From: a virus
Lineage: Duplodnaviria > Caudoviricetes
Strand: one strand, 5' to 3'
DNA length: 64,000 nt
Virus record (IMG/VR): IMGVR_UViG_2695421014_000001
Span: 4,508-68,507 of that record
Shown: positions 56,759 to 64,000 of the stretch, one piece after another
How positions within the stretch are numbered: position 1 is the stretch's first letter
How the letters are laid out: each line of letters begins with the position of its first letter
Notes under the pieces: model-generated
The model's database searches: none
What the model was told of the DNA's origin: nothing
Seen by the model: the letters and a program-made list of their open reading frames with translations, nothing else
Translations under genes and position numbers: made by a program

Positions 56759-57031
56759 ATGCCCAACCTCACCATCGGCCGCACGGTCATCTACCGGCTA
56801 TCCGAGGACGACGCCCGGCAGATCACCCAGGACCGCATCCACAACGGCGTGTACGGCAACGCCGCCAGTGAAGGCGACTGCTACCCGGCCGTCGTCGTCC
56901 GCACCTTCCCCGAAAACCCGGACGACGTCTGCAACCTGAAGGTCCTCTTGGACGGCCCGGACACCTTCTGGGCCACCTCCCGCCACGAAGGCGACACGCC
57001 TGGCACCTGGGCGTGGCCGGGGCGCGTGTGA
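56759..57031 (+). CDS. hypothetical phage protein
   Basis: TIGRTVIYRL...YPAVVVR...NLKVLLDG...GTWAWP. Confidence 0.7.
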   Translation: MPNLTIGRTVIYRLSEDDARQITQDRIHNGVYGNAASEGDCYPAVVVRTFPENPDDVCNLKVLLDGPDTFWATSRHEGDTPGTWAWPGRV

Positions 57032-57120
57032 TGGCCCGCCACGACCCTACGGACGTCGCCCTGACGGCGCAGACCCAGTGCAGCGGGGCCACCGAAGACT
57101 CCACCCAGACCACGAGCTGA
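57031..57120 (+). pseudogene. truncated duplicate of the 57382 gene start
   Basis: TGATGGCCCGCCACGACCC identical at 57029 and 57380; MARHDPTDVALTA vs MARHDPVDLARTA. Confidence 0.6.
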
Positions 57121-57145
57121 CCAGCCCCCGCAGAGAGGACACCCG

Positions 57146-57382
57146 ATGGCCGTCCGAGCGAAGTTCCGCTGCACCTTCGAAACCCACAAGAAGTGGGGGC
57201 CGGACGACTCGCACGCCACGCGCTCCTACGAGTTCATGGCCCAGTACGACCCGGAAACGCCCGAGGACCAGCGGTACGCCAAGGCCACCCCGTCCGGCTC
57301 GTTGCAGATCCAGGTCGACAACCCGGCCGTCGTCTTCGAGCCCGGCAAGGCCTACTACCTCGACTTCACCGAGGCCGACTGA
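57146..57382 (+). CDS. hypothetical phage protein
   Basis: VRAKFRC...ATPSGSLQIQVDNP..FEPGK.YYLDF. Confidence 0.72.
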   Translation: MAVRAKFRCTFETHKKWGPDDSHATRSYEFMAQYDPETPEDQRYAKATPSGSLQIQVDNPAVVFEPGKAYYLDFTEAD

Positions 57383-57582
57383 TGGCCCGCCACGACCCCG
57401 TCGACCTCGCCCGAACCGCGTACGCGGCGTACGGCGAGGCCACCGGCGGTCTCAACTACCGGGGCCTGCCCATGCCGGCCTGGGAGGACCTCGGCGACAC
57501 CATCCAGCAGGCGTGGATCGCCGCCGTGATCGCCGTCGCCCGGGACGTCACGGCCCCACCCCGATCGGAGGGAACCTCGTGA
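57382..57582 (+). CDS. hypothetical phage protein
   Basis: AYAAYG..TGG.NYRGLPMPAWEDL. Confidence 0.68.
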   Translation: MARHDPVDLARTAYAAYGEATGGLNYRGLPMPAWEDLGDTIQQAWIAAVIAVARDVTAPPRSEGTS

Positions 57583-58604
57583 GCTCAGGCCCGCAGACCT
57601 ATCCCGGCGCCAGTACGGCCTACTGGTACGGCTCGAAGTACGCGGGTTCGGCGATGGAGGTCAACGTCGTCGTCCTGCACACCACAGAGGGCCGGACGCT
57701 CCCGGACTACGGCGGCGGCGCGGTCGCACCCACGCTGACGGCGGTTCCGGACTTCGCCGCGCGCCGGCTGCGCTGGTACCAGCACTTCCCCATCGACACC
57801 TCAGCCCGCGCCCTGGTGAATCTGCCGGGCGGCGTCGAGACGAACACCCTGAACGTCTGCCAGGTCGAGATGGTCGGCACCTGCGACCCGGATACCCACG
57901 CCCAGTGGACGCGGGCCGGTCTGGCTCACATCTACTGGCCGGAGGCTCCCGACTGGGCCCTCGCCGGGGTCGCAGAGTTCCTGCGGTGGATGCACGTCGA
58001 GCACGGCGTGCCGCTCACCGGACCGTCGTCGTGGCCCGCGTACCCGTCGTCGTACGGAGCGACGTCCGCCCGCATGACCTACGCGGAATGGACCGCTTTC
58101 GAGGGCGTGTGCGGGCACATGCACGTCCCGGAGAACGTCCACGGCGACCCGGGCGCCATCCACTTCGACCGCCTCATCGCCCTCGCCAAGGGTGACCCTC
58201 CCACCCAACCAGCTCCCCCGAAGGAGGAGGACGTGCCCAGTGTCCTCAATAAGCCGAACAGCATCGACACCCTCCTGAAGAGCGGACGTTGGGTCGAGCT
58301 CGCCTTCCAGACCGACGGGGTCATCCTCACTGGGCCGGTCGTCCACCAGACGATGGTGCACCTGCTGCTCGACGCACCGGACGGCACGCGCGTCGAGGGC
58401 CAGTTCTTCCTCACAGACAGTGCGGGCGACACCTCCGACTACCTGCCCTCCGACGAGGCGGGCCCGGAGGGCTGCCAGTTCCACGCCAACGGGCAAGTGC
58501 TGGCAGGGCGGCAACTGCACTTCAAGGTGCGCGCCACCAGCCCCGACGGCAGCGACGTCCGGCTCCTGCACCGGGTCGCCTCCGGCCTGTACTGGGCCGT
58601 CTGA
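57579..58604 (+). CDS. endolysin (Zn amidase-like N-terminal domain)
   Basis: VVLHTTEG, QVEMVG, GVCGHMHVPENVHGDPG; next to holin. Confidence 0.85.
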   Translation: MSSGPQTYPGASTAYWYGSKYAGSAMEVNVVVLHTTEGRTLPDYGGGAVAPTLTAVPDFAARRLRWYQHFPIDTSARALVNLPGGVETNTLNVCQVEMVGTCDPDTHAQWTRAGLAHIYWPEAPDWALAGVAEFLRWMHVEHGVPLTGPSSWPAYPSSYGATSARMTYAEWTAFEGVCGHMHVPENVHGDPGAIHFDRLIALAKGDPPTQPAPPKEEDVPSVLNKPNSIDTLLKSGRWVELAFQTDGVILTGPVVHQTMVHLLLDAPDGTRVEGQFFLTDSAGDTSDYLPSDEAGPEGCQFHANGQVLAGRQLHFKVRATSPDGSDVRLLHRVASGLYWAV

Positions 58605-58634
58605 TACCCCCACCCGCACAGAATCGAGACCCTC

Positions 58635-58943
58635 ATGACCGTGAACCTCGACGCCGCGTACTGGATCGGCCTCGTCATCTCCATCGTTCTGCCCGTCCTC
58701 GTCGGACTGGTCACCACCAGAGTCACGCACGCCGGCGTCAAGGCCGTCCTGCTGCTCGCCCTGTCCACCGCGAACGGGTTCCTCGTCGAGTACGCGGGCC
58801 CGCACGACTCCGGCTACAGCGTGGGTACCGCTGCGGTCCTCGCCCTCGTGACCTTCGGCACCGGAGTGCTCAGCCACTTCGGATTCTGGAAGCCCGTGGG
58901 TGTCGCCGGTCGGGCCCAAGACTCGTTCGTGAAGGCAGCCTGA
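58635..58943 (+). CDS. putative holin
   Basis: Three TM helices, VLPVLVGLVT, HFGFWKPVG; follows endolysin. Confidence 0.75.
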   Translation: MTVNLDAAYWIGLVISIVLPVLVGLVTTRVTHAGVKAVLLLALSTANGFLVEYAGPHDSGYSVGTAAVLALVTFGTGVLSHFGFWKPVGVAGRAQDSFVKAA

Positions 58944-58977
58944 TCCTGCCCCATGTGCGCTGCGGGGAGGTGGTGGC

Positions 58978-59244
58978 GTGGACGCGGCCATGGTGACGGC
59001 GATCGGAGCGCTGATCGCGGGGCCCGTGGCCGCGGCGGCCGCCATGTACGGCAACCGCGGCGCGAACAGGGCGGCCAGGGAGGCCAGCGCGGTGACCATG
59101 TACGACAGCCTGACGCAGCGGCTCGTCGCGGAGCGGGACAAGGCGGAGGCGGATCAGGCCAAGGCGGAGGCCCGCGTCGACGTCCTCGAGCTGGAGGTCG
59201 CACGTCTGCGGCTGCTGGTGACGCAGCTCGGGGGGACGCCATGA
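58978..59244 (+). CDS. membrane protein with coiled coil (lysis cassette)
   Basis: N-terminal TM helix followed by heptads. Confidence 0.65.
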   Translation: MDAAMVTAIGALIAGPVAAAAAMYGNRGANRAAREASAVTMYDSLTQRLVAERDKAEADQAKAEARVDVLELEVARLRLLVTQLGGTP

Positions 59245-59897
59245 CGCGGACGCAGAGCGCCCTGTATCGGGCGCGACATGTGCTGTGGACGCTCGGAGTG
59301 CTGCTGTTCTGTGGTGGTGCAGCGGCGGTGGTGTGGCTGCTCCTCGACCGCGACGAGATGGCCAGCCAGCTCGAGCAGGAGGCGAACCTCCGGGGGACGG
59401 CGGTGTCAACGCTGGCGGGGGATGTGCGCGCTCTGCGGGCGCAGGTGGAGGCGCAGGGTGCTACGCCGGTGGCTCCGGATCCGGCGAAGGCGGTGCAGGA
59501 TTTGCCAGCACGGGCGGAGGTGCCGGTCCCGATCCCGGGGCCGCCCGGGCCGTCGGGTTCTCCGGGGGCGTCAGGCGAGCCTGGGAAGGCGGGTGCGAGT
59601 GGCCAGCCGGGGGCGGCCGGCGCGGTCGGCCCCACTGGCCCGGTCGGCCCCACTGGCCCGGTCGGCCCCGCTGGCCCGGTTGGGCCCTCGGGCCCTCAGG
59701 GCGAGCCGGGCCCGGCTGGTGCGGATGGCCAGGACGGGAACGACGGACAGACCTGCCCGGACGGCTACACCCTCCAAGCCCCTACCTATGACCCGGATGC
59801 CTTGGTCTGCCGGAAGGACGACGCGCCTCAGCCCAGCGACTCCCCCTCCGCACCACAGGCTCTCGGCCTCGACCCACAACGCCGCGAGTACGCCTGA
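59241..59897 (+). CDS. membrane-anchored collagen-like protein
   Basis: TM helix, coiled coil, (Gly-X-Y)n, terminal CPDGY...LVC. Confidence 0.8.
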   Translation: MTRTQSALYRARHVLWTLGVLLFCGGAAAVVWLLLDRDEMASQLEQEANLRGTAVSTLAGDVRALRAQVEAQGATPVAPDPAKAVQDLPARAEVPVPIPGPPGPSGSPGASGEPGKAGASGQPGAAGAVGPTGPVGPTGPVGPAGPVGPSGPQGEPGPAGADGQDGNDGQTCPDGYTLQAPTYDPDALVCRKDDAPQPSDSPSAPQALGLDPQRREYA

Positions 59898-59907
59898 ATG
59901 CTCGAAC

Positions 59908-59940
59908 AGCCCCCGCCGCCTCCGGGCGGTGGGGGCTTTC
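59908..59940 (+). terminator. rho-independent terminator ending late operon
   Basis: AGCCCCCGCCGCC-TCCG-GGCGGTGGGGGCT-TTC. Confidence 0.75.
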
Positions 59941-60106
59941 GTCATGTCCGGGATCTTGCGCCTTTCGGTCACCGCGGCGCATTGTGGTCCTCCGCCGTCT
60001 CACCGGAGCCCTCCCGATCCGGCTCTCCCGGGGACGGCGGCATGGCCCCCTTCACCCCCAGGTGGAAGCGGTGGCACGGCCCCTGCTGCTCCCGGGCGGC
60101 AGGGGC

Positions 60107-60331
60107 TTACTCCTTGTCCGGCTGCCACACGTCGGGGCCCCCACCCCGCCACTCGATCAGACCAGACCGCTCGACGTACGCCTCGTCGGCTTCCTCGATT
60201 CCAGCCCGGCGCAGGAACTCGGCGACATCCCGCAGCCCGTACGCCCGGCCGAGGATCCTCCCGTCCGCGCGCACCCGGCGGCCGCCCCCCTCGTCAGGCG
60301 GGTAGATCACGACGGGCATCACGGAAGCCAT
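60107..60331 (-). CDS. small hypothetical protein
   Basis: VVIYPP...GGRRVR....LGRAY..DVAEFLRRAG...IEWRGGGPDVW. Confidence 0.65.
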   Translation of the reverse strand: MASVMPVVIYPPDEGGGRRVRADGRILGRAYGLRDVAEFLRRAGIEEADEAYVERSGLIEWRGGGPDVWQPDKE

Positions 60332-60377
60332 GCCCCCAGCGTGCGTGCAGGCACGGGCGGCCGCACCGCGGCGTGGG

Positions 60378-60710
60378 TCAGTCGAGGACGCCCAGCGCAG
60401 TGTCCGGCCGGCAGTGCGGGCATGCCGCCACGCCCGCCGTCAGAGCGTGCAGAGCAGTCGACCGATCGACGCCCTTCGACCGCTGACCCGCGTTCCAGCA
60501 GCCCCCGGCGTGGACGTAGACGGCGTCCCGCCCAGACAGGCCGCGCTCGATCAGCCAGTCCGGAGCCGGGGGTCGCGCCTCGATGCCGCGCTGCCGCTCG
60601 GCTTCCCGCCGCTCGGCGTCCCTGATCTGCTGCCGGACCCGGTCCAGGGTGAGGGCGAGCCAGGTCTCCAGGGTGCGGAGGCGCGGCAGGTCCGGAGGCA
60701 AGTCGTTCAT
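60378..60710 (-). CDS. DUF6233-like protein
   Basis: DLPPDLPRLRTLETWL...VHAGGC...ACPHCRPDTALG. Confidence 0.75.
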   Translation of the reverse strand: MNDLPPDLPRLRTLETWLALTLDRVRQQIRDAERREAERQRGIEARPPAPDWLIERGLSGRDAVYVHAGGCWNAGQRSKGVDRSTALHALTAGVAACPHCRPDTALGVLD

Positions 60711-60723
60711 GTGTTCGATTTTA
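60703..60723 (-). promoter_or_regulatory. leaderless -10 box overlapping a LexA-like site
   Basis: Minus strand TAAAAT-CGAACAC-ATG; TCGAAC-ACAT-GAACGA vs consensus TCGAAC-N4-GTTCGA. Confidence 0.5.
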
Positions 60724-61027
60724 GGAGGTAGGCTCCCCACCGGCACCACGAGGGGCGAGCAGACAGGAGAAGTCATGGTCATCGACCTGGAGCGGCTCAC
60801 CTTCCTCGGCGTCGGCTACGCCTGCCTGGACCCGGCGCCGGGGCGGGCGGCCCGTGCCGACTCGGGGCCCCGCATCGACATCCACTCGCCCGTCCGGCGG
60901 GACTGCTGCTCCTGCCGGGCACTGGCCGTCGCGACTCGCATCGTCGACATACCCCGGCCTCGGCCGACAATGGCACGATCAGTGCCGGGACCGCATGATC
61001 GCCGGGAGCCAGCTGAACTGGGAACCG

Positions 61028-61222
61028 ATGGAGGGCCGTTACCGGGTCTCACTGACGCTCGGCGGCATGCCGGTCCTGCAAGGGTGGTGGGCTGACCGGG
61101 CGACCGCGGACCGCAAGTTCACGACGTGGATCGGCCAGTACGGCAGCCGGGCAGGCGCCCGCGTCACCCTTACTGATGAGGAAACCGGAGACCTGCTGAC
61201 GAGCTGGCCGGACGAGGCATAG
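61028..61222 (+). CDS. small hypothetical protein
   Basis: GGMPVLQGWWAD..TA.RKF..W...G....ARVTLTDEETG..L..WP. Confidence 0.62.
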   Translation: MEGRYRVSLTLGGMPVLQGWWADRATADRKFTTWIGQYGSRAGARVTLTDEETGDLLTSWPDEA

Positions 61223-61231
61223 CGGTCTGCC

Positions 61232-61438
61232 ATGCTGGCGGCGACGGAGGAGGTCACCGTGAGCCGCTGGGGCGAGCTGGTCCCGCATCGGGAGGATGAC
61301 GAGAGCTGCCTGTGCGGCTGCCTCGACGACATCGTGGGCACGCTGGAAGACGCACCTCCGGTGGATGAGTTCCAGATCTCCACGCTCCGGCCAGCCGCCG
61401 GCGGCGATGCCGGCGAGCCCGCAGGTGGCGCGGCGTGA
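61232..61438 (+). CDS. small hypothetical protein
   Basis: Acidic ORF with CLCGC; possibly leaderless. Confidence 0.4.
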   Translation: MLAATEEVTVSRWGELVPHREDDESCLCGCLDDIVGTLEDAPPVDEFQISTLRPAAGGDAGEPAGGAA

Positions 61439-61468
61439 GTCTCGTGGGCTGAGGAGTCGGCTGCACTA

Positions 61469-61502
61469 CAACGGCCCTTGCCCGTAAGGGCAAGGGCCGT
61501 TG
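61469..61502. terminator. perfect 15-bp hairpin with GTAA tetraloop
   Basis: CAACGGCCCTTGCCC-GTAA-GGGCAAGGGCCGTTG. Confidence 0.7.
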
Positions 61503-61566
61503 AGCGGGTCCCGGGCCACGGCTCCGAGGTACCGTTCTGAGTGTCGAGTTCAGAACGGAGACCAGT

Positions 61567-62751
61567 ATGCCCCCGTCCACTGAAGAACACACAGGCGCAC
61601 GCATCAAGCACGCGCGCAAAATCCGCCGGCTGACTCAGCACGAACTGGCTGAACTGTCGCATGTCTCGTACAGCACCCTCACCAAGGTGGAGCAGGGCGT
61701 CATGCCGGCGAGCCCCTCGGTGATAGGGGCCCTCGCACGCGCCCTGTCGGTGCAGGTCGCCGAACTCAACGGCCAGCCCTACCTGGAGGAGCTGCGTGCC
61801 GACCAGCTCGACGGCCTGATCAACCCGATCCGCGAGGCGCTGAATGTCTACGACCTGGGGCCTGACCCGGATGTTGCGCCGCGTTCCGTGGGCGAGCTGG
61901 AGGACGACGCGGACACGATGTGCGCCATGGTCCGCGCCACGAAGATCAAGCAGGTGGCGGCCGAGCTGCCGAGTCTGATCCATGAGGCGACGACAGCAGC
62001 TCACGTCGACCCCATCGACCGCAACTGGCAGTTGCTCGCGAACGTGTACCGGACCGCCTACGACGTGACCACGAAGCTGGGCTTCCCCGACCTGTGCACG
62101 GTAGCGCTCGATCGGATGGACTGGGCTGCACAGCGGGCGTCCGACCCGGTTCTCGGCGGGATGCGGCAGTACCTGCGCGCGCTGGCCTACCTGCGAGCCA
62201 GCGACTACAAGACCGGCAAGCGCCTGGTCGCCCTGGGCGTTGCCACCCTGCAACAGGCGGAGCCTGGCCGAGTTCTTGACGTCGTCACCGGGCAGCTGCA
62301 CCTCGGCGCGGCTGTGCTCGCGGGGCGCGACAAGGACAAGGCCACGGCGGAAGGACACCTCAGCGAGGCGGCCCGGATCGCGAAGCGGACGGGCCCGGCA
62401 GAGAAGGTCCACTGGCTGTCGTTCGGGCCGACCAACGTCGGTGTCCACCGGGTGAGCGTGCTCGCGGAACTCGACCTGTACCCCGAGGCCGTCCACCAGG
62501 CAGGCGAGATCACCATCCCGGACGGCTGGCCGCCGTCCCGGCTCGCACACCATCACGCCGAGGTGGCCCGGGCGCAGATGTGGACGGGCCAGACGGAAGC
62601 GGCTTTCAAGAGCCTGCTGACGGCGCGCAAGCTGGCCCCCCAGCAGACGAAGTATCACCCGACGGTGCGGGAGACCTACACAGGCCTGGAGGCTGCGAAG
62701 CGGCGAATGCCGGACACCTTCACAAACTTTGGTGCGTGGCTCGGCATGTGA
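61567..62751 (+). CDS. XRE-family regulator with C-terminal helical-repeat (TPR-like) domain
   Basis: RIKHARKIRRLTQHELAELSHVSYSTLTKVEQG; SFGPTNVGVHRVS; APQQTKYHP. Confidence 0.85.
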   Translation: MPPSTEEHTGARIKHARKIRRLTQHELAELSHVSYSTLTKVEQGVMPASPSVIGALARALSVQVAELNGQPYLEELRADQLDGLINPIREALNVYDLGPDPDVAPRSVGELEDDADTMCAMVRATKIKQVAAELPSLIHEATTAAHVDPIDRNWQLLANVYRTAYDVTTKLGFPDLCTVALDRMDWAAQRASDPVLGGMRQYLRALAYLRASDYKTGKRLVALGVATLQQAEPGRVLDVVTGQLHLGAAVLAGRDKDKATAEGHLSEAARIAKRTGPAEKVHWLSFGPTNVGVHRVSVLAELDLYPEAVHQAGEITIPDGWPPSRLAHHHAEVARAQMWTGQTEAAFKSLLTARKLAPQQTKYHPTVRETYTGLEAAKRRMPDTFTNFGAWLGM

Positions 62752-62893
62752 CACAGAGTCAAGCAATGGCCGGAGCTATCAGTGAGGTCTGATAGTTCCG
62801 GCCTTTGCGTGTCGGCACTCTGAGATGGCAGACGAAACCCCGGCGGCCTGGCAGGGCCCCGGGGCGTGGTCAACGCTACCGAGGAGCGTCAAC

Positions 62894-63286
62894 ATGACGA
62901 ACAGTACAACCCGGGCCCCAGCTGTGGCAGCGCCACCTCTGGCCGATCCGCCGGATATCGCCACCATGCGGGAGACGGCGAGAATCCTGCTGGATCCCGA
63001 CGCCATCGCCCTGGCCCCGGCCGGCCCCGAGTTGGCCACGCTGACGCGGACTGTGCGCGGGCACCTGGAGCTGCTCATCCCGATGGTGGAGCGGGCGGCC
63101 GGGAGCCTGGAGCGGGAGAGCGCCCGCCGGTATTGCGCGCTCGCCTGTCTCGGCGAGGCACGCGGGAAGTTGCGGGCTGAGCCCAGCAGAGCGTCCGACG
63201 GTGCCTTGCTGCACGCCCGGAAGCTGGCCCGCGTCCTGAACGCCCTGTGCGACCACTACGAGAAGAGCGGTGGCGAGCGCCCGTGA
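62894..63286 (+). CDS. DUF6415-like protein
   Basis: PPDIATMRETA...RGHLELLIP.VE...ALACLGEAR.KL...LAR.L.ALCDHYE; GAGGAG RBS. Confidence 0.65.
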   Translation: MTNSTTRAPAVAAPPLADPPDIATMRETARILLDPDAIALAPAGPELATLTRTVRGHLELLIPMVERAAGSLERESARRYCALACLGEARGKLRAEPSRASDGALLHARKLARVLNALCDHYEKSGGERP

Positions 63287-63465
63287 CCGCCGCGACCGAC
63301 ACGGGCGTGCTCTCCGCGGAGTGCACTCTGGCGAGCAAGCCCGGCTACGAGGACGTGCACGCGTGGTGCCGCCAGACCAAGGACGTCCCGCTTCCGCACT
63401 CCACCGGCATCCTGCTCGTGCGCCGCTGCCGCTGCTCCTGCCACCGCGCCGCGGGCTGCTCGTGA
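63283..63465 (+). CDS. small Cys/His protein
   Basis: GTGA overlap; H..CRQT.D.PLP...RCRCSCH. Confidence 0.5.
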   Translation: MTAATDTGVLSAECTLASKPGYEDVHAWCRQTKDVPLPHSTGILLVRRCRCSCHRAAGCS

Positions 63466-63691
63466 AGGCGGTCACCGGCCTGCTCGTGTACGTGGCGGCT
63501 GTGACTGCCCCGGTCCTCGCCCTGGTGCTGGCGCGGACCCCTTCCTGACGCACCCCCACGGCGGCCGTCTCGGGTCAGGGCCGCACCCCAAGCCCCGCCG
63601 CGTCGAGGTCCGGAAGCCTCCCGCGGCGGGAACACCCGCCCCGTCGCAGTCTCCGGAAGGCTCGGCGGGGCGGGCCCACGAGGAGAGACCG

Positions 63692-64000
63692 ATGGAACCC
63701 ACTGACGACCGAACGCTGCCGCCCCCGGCGCCCTTCATGTTCGGGTGCGACGAGTGCGTGCGGCTGCTACGCGCGTTCGGCGAGATGGTCGCCGCCGACG
63801 CCGGCTGCTTCTATGAGCAGCTGGCCGTCGCCGCACACGTCGCCGAAGACCACCCCGACGAGGTGCCGCCGCCGCACACCGACAACTGTGACCTGTGCCC
63901 CACCTACGCCGCGCGCGCTGACGGCGACCCAGGCGGCCTGTGGGCCCAGCACCGCGCCCGATACCTCTTCCTGCCGGAAGCCGTCGCCCGGCTCCTGTAG
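63692..64000 (+). CDS. hypothetical protein
   Basis: AGGAG RBS; CDEC, CDLC, WAQHRAR. Confidence 0.6.
   Translation: MEPTDDRTLPPPAPFMFGCDECVRLLRAFGEMVAADAGCFYEQLAVAAHVAEDHPDEVPPPHTDNCDLCPTYAARADGDPGGLWAQHRARYLFLPEAVARLL

Larger units (their letters stand above)
1..60000 (+). mobile_element. Temperate siphovirus prophage/phage genome (HK97-type head, long non-contractile tail); left end outside the window, right boundary uncertain (may extend to 64000)
   Basis: Co-oriented recombination, replication, packaging, head, tail and lysis genes in lambdoid order, with dense ATGA/GTGA gene overlaps. Confidence 0.95.

Noticed and set aside
59620-59700. 18-bp tandem repeats GTCGGCCCCACTGGCCCG
   Set aside because: Encode Gly-X-Y collagen; no spacers, so not CRISPR
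1-64000. CRISPR array, reverse transcriptase/DGR, integrase, transposase, DNA-modification cluster
   Set aside because: No repeat-spacer array or diagnostic motifs found by eye

Overview
The window is almost entirely one high-GC temperate siphovirus (prophage or phage contig), very likely of Streptomyces. The host call rests on the WhiB, LAXTG sorting signal, Streptomyces-type hypothetical families and actinobacterial LexA half-box. Left to right: recombination/replication genes (YqaJ-like end, RecT, RusA, HTH initiator); a long run of overlapping small early genes including a frameshifted vWA-TerF gene, HU, a WhiB fusion and a LAXTG micro-peptide coupled to a hyaluronan-synthase/NodC-like GT2; a second transcription unit (~18-33 kb) with DUF932, a tRNA with the rare UAU (Ile) anticodon, three regulators, an RlaP-like nucleotidyltransferase and a Thg1-like protein; a moron cluster with small membrane peptides and a HEPN-like protein; HNH, putative cos, terminase, HK97-type portal, protease and capsid, with a methyltransferase and glycosyltransferase directly after the capsid gene; tail genes with a -1 frameshift chaperone and an SLT-bearing tape measure; lysis genes; and right-end accessory and regulatory genes. 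No integrase or att site is visible. Best candidates for undescribed biology: the LAXTG peptide/GT2 module, the tRNA-Ile(UAU)/RlaP/Thg1-like/HEPN set, the capsid-adjacent MTase+GT pair, and a triple GGCAC-loop hairpin element upstream of the capsid gene. Family names come from motif recognition by eye; no searches were run.
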